Below are positions 30,274 to 39,160 of a DNA stretch of 64,000 bases, in pieces. Source of the stretch: a virus. The DNA is taken from the IMG/VR virus record IMGVR_UViG_3300027659_000010. One strand, 5' to 3'. Under the pieces are notes generated by a model. The model did no database searches. It worked only from the letters and a program-made list of their open reading frames with translations, and had not been told where the DNA came from. Each line of letters starts with the position of its first letter. Position 1 is the stretch's first letter. The position numbers were made by a program, and so were the translations under genes.

Positions 30274-31309
30274 TGATTGGGATCCTTTAAAGGAAATAAT
30301 TGTTGGCAGAGCAGACAACGCCCGTATTCCAACCGTAGATCGTAGTACTATGAGCATGAGTTATACAAACTATGACATAGAAAAAATTAAGCCGTTAGAA
30401 GGGCCTTACCCAAAATGGTTAATCGAAGAAGCCAACGAAGATGCAAATGAATTATGCAATGTGTTAACACTTGCTGGAGTTAAAGTACATCGTCCTTTGC
30501 CTATCGATCACAGCAAAACTTTTAGTACTCCGGATTGGACCACTACCGGGTGGTACACTTGGTGTCCCCGAGACCTGTTGTTGCCGTTAGATAACCTAAT
30601 GATTGAAACTCCTAGTCCATGCAGAAGCAGACAGTTTGAAACAACGGCTTATCATGATGTGATGATAGAGGCTATAACAGATGGGACCGAATGGATCTCT
30701 GCACCTAGGCCTAGACTGTTAGACGAGTCTTATCAATTCACCGATCTTAGAAAACCCAGTCTTAATAATCTTGAACCTATATTCGATGCCCCTAATTGTA
30801 TAAGATTAGGACGCGACATTTTATTTCAAATATCTAATACAGGTAATTGGTTAGGATTCCAGTGGTTAAAAAATACTTTAGAGTCCAGAGGTTATCGATT
30901 ACACGCAGCAGAACATATCTATAGTTTCGCACACTTTGACAGCACCATTATTCCTCTTCGTCCTGGTTTGGTATTGTTAAACAGCGCACGAGTAACACCG
31001 GAGAATTGTCCTAAATTATTTGAGAAGTGGGATAAGATTTATTTTAAAGACGTTAATGTTAATCCTGTTACACAATCTGGCCCGGGAAGTATTAGTCCGT
31101 GTAGTCCTTACATTGGAATGAACATTCTAAGTATCGATCAGAATACGGTAATAGTAGGAAAAGATCAAACTAATTTAATAAAGGTATTAGAGCAACACAA
31201 GTTCACAGTCATTCCAACACGCATGAGACATGCACAAACCCTCAGTGGAGGTTATCATTGTGCTACGTTAGATCTAGTAAGACAAGGCAACCTCGAGGAT
31301 TATTTTTAA
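30254..31309 (+). CDS. amidinotransferase (glycine / inosamine-phosphate amidinotransferase family)
   Basis: WDPLKEIIVG, CPRD, FDA, HFD, GGYHCATLD catalytic motifs. Confidence 0.9.
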   Translation: MKIISNNDWDPLKEIIVGRADNARIPTVDRSTMSMSYTNYDIEKIKPLEGPYPKWLIEEANEDANELCNVLTLAGVKVHRPLPIDHSKTFSTPDWTTTGWYTWCPRDLLLPLDNLMIETPSPCRSRQFETTAYHDVMIEAITDGTEWISAPRPRLLDESYQFTDLRKPSLNNLEPIFDAPNCIRLGRDILFQISNTGNWLGFQWLKNTLESRGYRLHAAEHIYSFAHFDSTIIPLRPGLVLLNSARVTPENCPKLFEKWDKIYFKDVNVNPVTQSGPGSISPCSPYIGMNILSIDQNTVIVGKDQTNLIKVLEQHKFTVIPTRMRHAQTLSGGYHCATLDLVRQGNLEDYF

Positions 31310-32751
31310 TGCAAAATATTATCTCTAGATACATGATCAGTGATAATTTTATAGGATTACCTTTACATATGGGACATCAATACGATAAAAAAGATCTAGT
31401 TTCTAAAATCGATCTTTGGAAATATGTATTGAAATATAAATGTGCTGCACAATCCGGTGAATCTGTTCTCATAGGAATGCAGACACTTAATATTGATTAT
31501 CTTGCAGTGTGTTTCGCTGCGGCAGAATTGTCTTTAAAGATAGTGATAGTGGACTACACTAGAAATGATGATTTTTCAGATGTTACATATTTTGATCCAA
31601 AGACAAAAATACTATCACCTATAGATATATTTTTGCACGATTATTCAAAAAAAGAAATTGAAGAAAAGCCAAAAGCATTTTCTAAGTTTATATTTTTTTC
31701 AAATTGCTCAAATAGAACCTACAGTATAAAAGAAATAGATTTTACTGTCGATGATGAACAGTTCAAAATTTCTAAGAATATTTTCCCTAACCCGTCCAAC
31801 GTAGTGATGCGATGCACCAGCAGCGGTACTACGGGAACACCTAAAATAGTAGAACATACACACGAATTCTTGTACAAAGTTTCTATAAGAAATTCAAAAA
31901 AGTTTTCTGGAAAATGTTTACATGTAAGAAACCTAAATCACGGAAGTAGTTTAGCAGTATATCTTTTACCAACATTAATCAGCGACAAGGTAACTGGACA
32001 CATATTCAACGATCTAGATGAAATGCTTCCGATAGAAGATTTTATAAACGATATCTACGAATTTAAAAATGATCTAGAGTTTGTTATATTCCCTTATCCG
32101 TTTATGATAGATAAGTTTATAGATGTTAGCATAAAAAATAATATTCAATGGCCTAACTTAAATGTACAAACTTTATCATACATACAAGATAAACCAAAAC
32201 AGGCTATCGCTCAAGGAGTATTTAGATCTATTACCAGCATATTTGGTTCTAATGAGACTAGCGGACCAATTTTTACAGTGGTCATTGATAAATCAAATAT
32301 ATATCAGGATTCTGCGATATTTGATCACGTAGATGATTTTTATAAAATCAAAATTTATCAAGGCGGGCTGCTAGGAGTTACCCTGCCAGTATATGATACA
32401 GAAATAATAACCAACGATCTTTTTGAGCTACAGGGAGTGTCTTATAGACATAAAGGAAGAAGCGATCTAGTTAAAATTAATGGTGAAGTATTGGACATAA
32501 AAATTGTCAATGATTTTAACAATAAAAATACCAACTTATATCTAGTCACAGATACTGTTAAAAATTGTCTATATCTGGCATTTTGGAACAATAAAGATTC
32601 GTACATACTTAACGAGTACACTAACTTTTTTAAAAATAATTTCAAACGGATAGAGATAGCAAAGACTGCAGTATTAAATAAACATAAATTCTTAACAGGT
32701 ATTAAGATAGATAACGAATTGTTGAGAGAATACTTTAGAAATTATGTTTGA
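31309..32751 (+). CDS. AMP-binding (ANL family) adenylation enzyme
   Basis: TSSGTTGTPK, FGSNE, GRSDLVKING; start reassigned to MQNIISR. Confidence 0.8.
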   Translation: MQNIISRYMISDNFIGLPLHMGHQYDKKDLVSKIDLWKYVLKYKCAAQSGESVLIGMQTLNIDYLAVCFAAAELSLKIVIVDYTRNDDFSDVTYFDPKTKILSPIDIFLHDYSKKEIEEKPKAFSKFIFFSNCSNRTYSIKEIDFTVDDEQFKISKNIFPNPSNVVMRCTSSGTTGTPKIVEHTHEFLYKVSIRNSKKFSGKCLHVRNLNHGSSLAVYLLPTLISDKVTGHIFNDLDEMLPIEDFINDIYEFKNDLEFVIFPYPFMIDKFIDVSIKNNIQWPNLNVQTLSYIQDKPKQAIAQGVFRSITSIFGSNETSGPIFTVVIDKSNIYQDSAIFDHVDDFYKIKIYQGGLLGVTLPVYDTEIITNDLFELQGVSYRHKGRSDLVKINGEVLDIKIVNDFNNKNTNLYLVTDTVKNCLYLAFWNNKDSYILNEYTNFFKNNFKRIEIAKTAVLNKHKFLTGIKIDNELLREYFRNYV

Positions 32752-32986
32752 TAAACATCTCAATTCAAGCAAAGTTACATACCTAGAGCATCTATCCTGG
32801 GCGTTGATTTCTGGAATAAGATTAATTTATGCTGGTATGGCTAGTATTATTCACGGAGTATTACCTTCCTTGTTTAACAGCACAGCACCTAGGACAGTTA
32901 TTGACATTTATCATTCTCATCTAACAGATCATCCAAATGCAGAATATCAAGATTTAATAGAAAAGGCCAAAAAGAAAAATGATTGA
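32744..32986 (+). CDS. small hypothetical protein (DUF6356-like)
   Basis: HL...TY.EH...IIHGVLP pattern. Confidence 0.55.
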   Translation: MFDKHLNSSKVTYLEHLSWALISGIRLIYAGMASIIHGVLPSLFNSTAPRTVIDIYHSHLTDHPNAEYQDLIEKAKKKND

Positions 32987-33464
32987 ATATGTAAGGAACA
33001 TAACAAACTTCTGGGAGGATGATTTAAAAATCCACGAGTTTGCGAGGCAAGTTCCTTTTGTTGCTAAAAATTTTGAGCATTTGGATAGGAAGTTTTATAA
33101 TTCTGGTTATCTATTGCAGAGCTTTAATGACGAATTAGTCAATGCTGAAGGATTTAAAAAAGTGTTAAATGTTGCAGAAGGTTCTGTTAGTTGGACTTGC
33201 ATACTTCCAAATTTAATATTGCCCACGCATTCAGATACATTCTATACCCTACGAGAACAACACAGCATAGACTTAGACAGGTGCTTTAGATATCTAATCT
33301 TTTTAGAAGATTGGACATTTGGGCATCATGCGGGATTTGAAAAACTTAATATAACAAATTGGAAGGCCGGCGACGTTTGGATCTTTGATAGCAAGGAAGC
33401 GCACTACGGTGTTAATGCCAGCAATGTTCCTTTTTATTCATGTCAAGTGAGTTCATTCAAATGA
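32979..33464 (+). CDS. 2OG-Fe(II)/cupin-type oxygenase-like protein
   Basis: PTHSD...FLEDW..GH...HYGVN. Confidence 0.6.
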   Translation: MIEYVRNITNFWEDDLKIHEFARQVPFVAKNFEHLDRKFYNSGYLLQSFNDELVNAEGFKKVLNVAEGSVSWTCILPNLILPTHSDTFYTLREQHSIDLDRCFRYLIFLEDWTFGHHAGFEKLNITNWKAGDVWIFDSKEAHYGVNASNVPFYSCQVSSFK

Positions 33465-34201
33465 AATTAGGAATTGCAGGCTACGGTATTGTAGGAAAGG
33501 CCACACACAAAGGTTTACTTAAAAATGGTCCTGTAGTAATACACGATTTATTAACTGGAACAACGATTGAAGATTTATATGTTTGTGATTATGTGTTTTT
33601 TTGTACACCAACTGACACCGATTTGAGTCTACAAGTACTAGTCGATAATATCAAATGTCTTAAGGCTGTTAATCCTAGTTGCAGTATTGTTATTAGAAGT
33701 ACTGTTCCTGTAGGAACCTGTAAATCTATTGCACAAATAATCAATGATAAAATTTACTATATGCCAGAATTCCTGCGTGAACGTATGTGGGAAGAAGATT
33801 GTTACGATCGTCCTATAATTGTAGGTAATGATAACCAAGCAGTCCCTATTTGGTTACGGGGAGAGGAATGTATATTTTGTACATTAGAAGAAGCAGAAGT
33901 TATTAAGATGTTAAGCAACAATATGGCCGCGGCAAGGGTTGTATTTGCAAATCATATGTATGAACTAAGCAAGGCAGCAGGTGCAAATTACGATAACGTA
34001 CTAAATGCATACTTACAGGTTAATCACGATCAACACTATCTAGAAGTAAATGACAACCTGCGAGCATTCGGAGGCAAATGTTTGCCAAAAGATCTAGATT
34101 TTTTAATCAATACCTTTAAGCAGCTAGGTATTCCGCAGACTTATTTTACAGCAATGAAAGAAGACAATCAACTATGGCCAGTAACCGTAAGAAAATCTTA
34201 A
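33461..34201 (+). CDS. UDP-glucose/GDP-mannose dehydrogenase family protein (short, lacks C-terminal domain)
   Basis: GYGIVG, RSTVPVG, PEFLRE, FGGKCLPKD. Confidence 0.85.
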   Translation: MKLGIAGYGIVGKATHKGLLKNGPVVIHDLLTGTTIEDLYVCDYVFFCTPTDTDLSLQVLVDNIKCLKAVNPSCSIVIRSTVPVGTCKSIAQIINDKIYYMPEFLRERMWEEDCYDRPIIVGNDNQAVPIWLRGEECIFCTLEEAEVIKMLSNNMAAARVVFANHMYELSKAAGANYDNVLNAYLQVNHDQHYLEVNDNLRAFGGKCLPKDLDFLINTFKQLGIPQTYFTAMKEDNQLWPVTVRKS

Positions 34202-35064
34202 TCACAGGTGCATGTGGATTAATTGGAAGAGAACTTTGCGATCAACTTAGTCCGTATAATGATGTCACGGCTGTGGATAACAATCAACGTTTTAGTGATT
34301 ATATGCCTAAAAATTGTTCGTATGTAAGATCCAATCTAATTGAATATTTAGATCAATCGTCTAATAAATTTGATATAATCTATCACATGGCCGCAACAAA
34401 TGGCACAACGTATTTTTATAGTCAAGCAAACGATGTGCTAAGAAACAATGTAACACTAGATCTATCCATGTTTAGATTTGCAGAATCTAATCCTGCCTGC
34501 AAATTAATCTATGCAAGCAGCAGTGAAGTTGTAGCAGGCACTACTGTTTTTCCTACACCTGAAATTACAGACATAAATGTTAGCAACATTCACAACCCTC
34601 GTTGGAGTTACATGTTACCTAAAGTAATAGCAGAGAATTATTTGTTTAACAGTAATATTGATTTTTTAGTTATTAGATTTTTTAATGTGTATAGCGAACA
34701 TTCTGGCACTGGCCATTTTGTTAAAGATATTATTGATAAAATTCAAAAGGAAAATTTTGAACTTGTTGGTGCGGACGAAACTCGTTCTTTTTGCTATGTA
34801 AGAGATGCAGTTGATGCAGTGATTAAAATATCAAACTGTAGCAAACAAGTAGTGAATGTTGGCAGTGACGAGGAATTAACTATCTTAGAAGCAGCTAATA
34901 TTATTGCTCAGTCGTTAGGAAAAACTCATATTAAATGGATTACAATCCCTGGGTTATTAGGTAGTGCTAAAAAACGAAAACCTGATATTACAAAATTGAA
35001 AAAATTATTACCAACTTTTTCACCTAGTGCGTTCAGAGAAATAATCAACTCTGTTAAGGATTAA
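34174..35064 (+). CDS. NAD-dependent nucleotide-sugar epimerase/dehydratase
   Basis: TGACGLIG, YASSSEV, YMLPK, RFFNVY, TRSFCYV.D. Confidence 0.9.
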   Translation: MASNRKKILITGACGLIGRELCDQLSPYNDVTAVDNNQRFSDYMPKNCSYVRSNLIEYLDQSSNKFDIIYHMAATNGTTYFYSQANDVLRNNVTLDLSMFRFAESNPACKLIYASSSEVVAGTTVFPTPEITDINVSNIHNPRWSYMLPKVIAENYLFNSNIDFLVIRFFNVYSEHSGTGHFVKDIIDKIQKENFELVGADETRSFCYVRDAVDAVIKISNCSKQVVNVGSDEELTILEAANIIAQSLGKTHIKWITIPGLLGSAKKRKPDITKLKKLLPTFSPSAFREIINSVKD

Positions 35065-36154
35065 TTGCGTACATTGGAATAGCGTACTCAACTGAATTAA
35101 AGGTCACTTTCATCCATGAAAGAATTGAACTAACATTTACTTGTCCGCTCGCTCCGCCTGCTACTAGTGCAGGAGCTACTAGTGTCAGTTGTCCATCAGG
35201 ACCAATACTTAATTTTATACTTGGAACTCCAAGTGTAGAAGTAGTCAAAATATTCATTCTACCTGGTAAAACTCCAGGACTTACTACACCTCCAACACTG
35301 GCAGTAATATAGGCTGCTCCGTAAGTGCCACTTCCAGTGCTGCCACCAAATTCTAATGAAAAGATAGCATCATTGTTTATTAATGCAGTTGGACTGCTCG
35401 GTGTTCCCCGGCTTCGCCCCAACACCATTGCTCCAGGTAACCCTTCATCATGATATGTATCAATCTCAAACAAATTAACATTTGACGTGCCTGCAGAAGT
35501 AACTATTTTTATTCCTGTCGTAGCTGGTAGCTGATTAAGTAAAATTCTATTACCGGTGACATCACCTGCGAGATCACCTTCGACATTACCTTCGACATTA
35601 CCAACCAAATTAGCAAATAGTTGATTATCTACAGTAACATCACTGTTGAATACCACAGCAGGTGTGAATGTTATCGCAGATGAATCTGCTGAGTCGATTA
35701 AATTAGTGAATATATTGCCAGTGACATTACCTGTGACATTACCTGTGACATTACCTGTGACATTACCTGTGACATTACCTGTAAGCGGACCAAAAATTTG
35801 TCCCGAAGCAGCATCTATAAGCAGTGTAGAATCTTCGGCAACCACGTTGCCTTTGAAAACTCCTCCTATAGTTCCTGTGTTATTAAGAAGGTCGACCACC
35901 GCAGTTATACTAGCACCTGCATCATTATATGTGAAATTTATACCAGTATGTGGTGCGCCGTTTACAAACAACTGAGCAGCAGCATCTTGTGCGTCTTCAT
36001 TGGTATAGCCAGTGATTTGTACACCACCCAGTGTGCTACCATTACCTATGTATAGTCTTTGATCATCTGTAACATACAGCAGTTCGCCCTGGGCAAGAGC
36101 CTGGGTCATAGCTTGTCTTTGTGCGTTTGTGCCTCTGCGAATCTGTAAGGGCAT
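35054..36154 (-). CDS. putative virion fibre protein with Mtd-N-like N-terminus and GNVT repeats
   Basis: MPLQIRRGT...LAQGELLYVTD...LYIGNG; (GNVT)5. Confidence 0.7.
   Translation of the reverse strand: MPLQIRRGTNAQRQAMTQALAQGELLYVTDDQRLYIGNGSTLGGVQITGYTNEDAQDAAAQLFVNGAPHTGINFTYNDAGASITAVVDLLNNTGTIGGVFKGNVVAEDSTLLIDAASGQIFGPLTGNVTGNVTGNVTGNVTGNVTGNIFTNLIDSADSSAITFTPAVVFNSDVTVDNQLFANLVGNVEGNVEGDLAGDVTGNRILLNQLPATTGIKIVTSAGTSNVNLFEIDTYHDEGLPGAMVLGRSRGTPSSPTALINNDAIFSLEFGGSTGSGTYGAAYITASVGGVVSPGVLPGRMNILTTSTLGVPSIKLSIGPDGQLTLVAPALVAGGASGQVNVSSILSWMKVTFNSVEYAIPMYAINP
35721..35781. repeat. 12-bp tandem repeat (gtgacattacct x5) encoding GNVT
   Basis: Read directly in the sequence. Confidence 0.9.
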
Positions 36155-36217
36155 ATCTCAACTCCTGGAATTGTTCCTACTAGTATATTTATGTCACGGA
36201 GTTCAGAACATATAGCC

Positions 36218-36246
36218 AAAAAAATAGCACCCGGAGGTGCTATTTT
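36218..36246 (-). terminator. intrinsic terminator (possibly bidirectional)
   Basis: AAAATAGCACC/GGTGCTATTTT inverted repeat with a 4-nt loop and U tract. Confidence 0.8.
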
Positions 36247-36295
36247 ACCCTTTTTGTAAAGCGCCTAAGGGCTGGCGCTAAAATAGGACTATGTC

Positions 36296-36901
36296 CTAAT
36301 CTACTGTAGGACCGTTACCGTTCCTAAATCCCACTTCTCCGCCTTCTGCTTCGATGCGTTTAACTACATCTTCAAACAAAATAGGTGCAAAGTCTGGGGT
36401 CTGCTCCACGCATACGCAATGATAACGTGTATCCACCTCATCACTGTATAACACAGTACCTGTTCTAGCTTCAACCCCACGGGCTTTTTTAACACGATTC
36501 CAATGCAGATGTCCGTGTATGTTCACTCCAAATCGGCCCAAGCTAGCTTCGTGTATAGGAATATGGCTCAAGATCATTCCATTCATCACATGATATGCAC
36601 GTAATTCACGGAAGTGTTCTCGATAGTCTGTGTCCTTGAAAATATCATGGTTACCACGGATCAACACCTTGTCACCATTCAAACGATGCAGAATGTTCAA
36701 CGCCTTTCGGTTGATCACCACATCGCCCAAGTGATAGACCTTGTCTGAGGGTTTGACCCGTTCATTCCAGGCCTTGACCATGGCTTCATCCATTTCATCA
36801 GGGTCGTCCCAAGGACGCAATTTTGAGCCATCATCTCGGGTAAAACGGCAAACACCTGTGTGTCCGAAGTGTGTGTCTGATACTAAAAATACGCTGGGCA
36901 T
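36296..36901 (-). CDS. calcineurin-like metallophosphoesterase
   Basis: SDTHFGH, LGD, GNHD, HGHLH. Confidence 0.9.
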   Translation of the reverse strand: MPSVFLVSDTHFGHTGVCRFTRDDGSKLRPWDDPDEMDEAMVKAWNERVKPSDKVYHLGDVVINRKALNILHRLNGDKVLIRGNHDIFKDTDYREHFRELRAYHVMNGMILSHIPIHEASLGRFGVNIHGHLHWNRVKKARGVEARTGTVLYSDEVDTRYHCVCVEQTPDFAPILFEDVVKRIEAEGGEVGFRNGNGPTVD

Positions 36902-36914
36902 GTATTGCTCCTTT

Positions 36915-37451
36915 CTAAGTTTCGTCTCTCTGCCTGCGAGCTCTACGTTCAGCTGCTAATATAAAGACTTTTTCGTTATCATTGGTCCAATCTTCTGGAA
37001 CCGGCACTCCGTTTATCGAGTGAGGTTCCTGTTCATCGTAGGTCCATCCCAATGCTCGCATCATACGATGCTTGACCAATAGGTTAGGGCTACGAAACGC
37101 TTCAGTGTCTCGGAAGCCTAACATAACACCGATTTCACAAACAGCACCACTGCGACACACGCCGGCATGGCAATGCACAACAACATTCATGCGATTTTCA
37201 AATGCGTATTGCAGTAAGCGCACAAGTTCGTTGGCCTGCTCTTGACTACACCGCATGGCTTCGTCTAAGGCATGATCCTTTTCTTCTATGTCTAAAAACT
37301 GGAATTGATGAACTTCTTTGAATTGATGCTTGGGAGTAGGAAACTCCATGTCAGGATCTACAATTTGGATCAGCATAGAGTTTATACCCGCGTCGATGTG
37401 ATGTCCTTTTGGGATGTCGCTGAGTGCTACGTTCTGTATCCATGGATTCAC
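36915..37451 (-). CDS. Cys-dependent (PTP/dual-specificity) phosphatase-like protein
   Basis: HCHAGVCRS CX5R motif. Confidence 0.8.
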   Translation of the reverse strand: MNPWIQNVALSDIPKGHHIDAGINSMLIQIVDPDMEFPTPKHQFKEVHQFQFLDIEEKDHALDEAMRCSQEQANELVRLLQYAFENRMNVVVHCHAGVCRSGAVCEIGVMLGFRDTEAFRSPNLLVKHRMMRALGWTYDEQEPHSINGVPVPEDWTNDNEKVFILAAERRARRQRDET

Positions 37452-37452
37452 A

Positions 37453-37875
37453 TCATGCTCCTGTTATTGCAAAAATTTTATTGGCTAACACACGTTCTTT
37501 AGAATAGGCTTCTATCTCCCAAGGTTGGTCGTAGTAGCTTTTGCGTATGTGCTGCCCCATCCAATAGTGTGTTTTACAACTGCGACTGGGCTTAATCTGA
37601 CCACGAGCATACTGTTTGACATGTACCATTTCGTGCGCCAAGGTAATGATCAGTCTTTCAAACTCCAGTCCAGAATCTATGATCATAGTTATAAATTTTG
37701 GACCTACTTTATGCACCACACCTCGCATGCCTTCTTTACGGGCCATTCCTTTTTCAGTCATGATTAACAGAGTGAAACGGCTGCGATTCAATCCCAGTTC
37801 TTTGGCAAAGAAATTCGCGGAAGTTTCTATGATTGATTTGGTAGAACTAGCTCTACCTTCCATGATGATCTGCAT
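37453..37875 (-). CDS. HExxH zinc metallopeptidase-like protein
   Basis: TLAHEMVHVKQY...PWEIEA; start reassigned downstream of the promoter. Confidence 0.7.
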   Translation of the reverse strand: MQIIMEGRASSTKSIIETSANFFAKELGLNRSRFTLLIMTEKGMARKEGMRGVVHKVGPKFITMIIDSGLEFERLIITLAHEMVHVKQYARGQIKPSRSCKTHYWMGQHIRKSYYDQPWEIEAYSKERVLANKIFAITGA

Positions 37876-37902
37876 CTGTGGCCTTTGAAGATTGTTTATA
37901 CT

Positions 37903-37931
37903 ATTATACAATCACTATCGCTGTGTGTCAA
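37903..37931 (-). promoter_or_regulatory. sigma70-type promoter
   Basis: TTGACA-17-TATAAT. Confidence 0.8.
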
Positions 37932-37932
37932 G

Positions 37933-38006
37933 TGGTGCTCTCAGGTGGTAATGCTCCACCGTTTCTACATTACCAATGTAGTGTAATGCTTTTATACTAT
38001 GAGAGC
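37933..38006 (-). tRNA. tRNA-Thr(GGT), atypical T and D loops
   Basis: GCTCTCA/TGAGAGC acceptor plus ACCA; anticodon arm CTACA-TTGGTAA-TGTAG; T loop AGCATTA. Confidence 0.75.
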
Positions 38007-38010
38007 GGCG

Positions 38011-38085
38011 TGGTCCGGCCAGCAGGAATCGAACCCACATTCGCGAGGTAGAAGCTCGCTGTATTATCCATTATACTATGGCCAG
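38011..38085 (-). tRNA. tRNA-Arg(TCT)
   Basis: Cloverleaf, loop CTTCTAC, encoded CCA. Confidence 0.92.
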
Positions 38086-38086
38086 T

Positions 38087-38662
38087 TTAGTCTATTTGAA
38101 TGTCTGCGGCTAATACAAATCTGTATTGAAGGCTCTGTACGATGCCGGGGCGGTGCCACATGTTGCCGGGATAGATCAACCAATTACCGTCTGTGGGGCG
38201 CACAAAATATCTGTCATCAGATTGTGGACCCTCTGGTGCCATCTCTGTACCGCAATAGTCTCGATCTTTAACATCCTCGGGTATGTGTAGATACCAAATA
38301 CCACTGAGTATTTGTGCGGTAGGGGTAGTAGGATGCCAATGATGATGCCAGAGATTATCACGGTTTTCGGCACCCTCGAGATTGGTCATAAAACTCCAGG
38401 CCATCATGTTAGATATTTTGGCTTCACGGCCTAGATACATGAATACACTCATCATAAAACTCACACGGTACTTTAACCATACAGCCTCCGATCTAGCAAA
38501 GATGTTTTCTTTGGTCTGGAACTTAGGTGAATTGGTAAAATAGTTACCGTCGGCAATGATGCCTTTGATAATCTCACAGGCTGCGAGATCATCCTGTTTG
38601 GTTATTAGAGATGAGAAATCGTATTTGCAAGCCTGAGGATTATGATCTATAACTTTCAACAT
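38087..38662 (-). CDS. putative 2OG-Fe(II) oxygenase-like protein
   Basis: WHHH...LSGIWYL...YPGNMWHRP...R. Confidence 0.55.
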   Translation of the reverse strand: MLKVIDHNPQACKYDFSSLITKQDDLAACEIIKGIIADGNYFTNSPKFQTKENIFARSEAVWLKYRVSFMMSVFMYLGREAKISNMMAWSFMTNLEGAENRDNLWHHHWHPTTPTAQILSGIWYLHIPEDVKDRDYCGTEMAPEGPQSDDRYFVRPTDGNWLIYPGNMWHRPGIVQSLQYRFVLAADIQID

Positions 38663-38668
38663 ATTATT

Positions 38669-38742
38669 TGGAGCGGGGTAAGAGAATCGAACTCTCCGCT
38701 TTAGCTTGGAAGGCTAAGGTATTACCACTATACGAACCCCGC
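38669..38742 (-). tRNA. tRNA-Gly(TCC)
   Basis: Cloverleaf, loop CTTCCAA, U73, CCA. Confidence 0.95.
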
Positions 38743-38760
38743 ATAGATTTATTTACTCAT

Positions 38761-38835
38761 TGGCCTCACTGCCAGGAATCGAACCTGGATCTAATTCTTA
38801 GGAGGAACTTGTTCTATCCATTGAACCACAGCGAG
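38761..38835 (-). tRNA. tRNA-Arg(CCT)
   Basis: Cloverleaf, loop CTCCTAA, CCA. Confidence 0.92.
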
Positions 38836-38838
38836 CAA

Positions 38839-39066
38839 TCAGACTTTTTTAAGGTATTCTCGACCTACAGCACCTGACTGCACATCTAACAGTGCGCCAA
38901 CAGGTGCGTTCATCTGAGTCTGTAGTTCAGCTGCTTTGTGTCTGCGACTGAGCTCTCTGGCACGAGCTGATGCTATCAGCACCAAGTCGAATCTATTACC
39001 GCCTACATTTTCCACACATTTTTCTGTGTCAATTTCAGGACCACGACTTAGTGTTTTGTTTTTCAT
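38839..39066 (-). CDS. rpoZ: RNA polymerase omega subunit homolog
   Basis: NRFDLVLIASARAREL motif; 75 aa. Confidence 0.85.
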   Translation of the reverse strand: MKNKTLSRGPEIDTEKCVENVGGNRFDLVLIASARARELSRRHKAAELQTQMNAPVGALLDVQSGAVGREYLKKV

Positions 39067-39080
39067 ACATACCTTATAGT

Positions 39081-39154
39081 TGGTTGCGGGACCCGGAATC
39101 GAACCAGGAACTAGAGCTTATGAGACTCTCGAGATACCGTTTCTCTATCCCGCG
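39081..39154 (-). tRNA. tRNA-Met(CAT), initiator-like
   Basis: C1:A72 mismatch, A11:U24, loop CTCATAA. Confidence 0.9.
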
Positions 39155-39160
39155 ATAGTT

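Noticed and set aside
35721-35781. CRISPR-like array
   Set aside because: 12-bp head-to-tail coding repeat without spacers; no cas genes seen.
35054-36154. Diversity-generating retroelement suggested by the Mtd-like N-terminus
   Set aside because: No reverse transcriptase and no template/variable repeat pair visible in the window.
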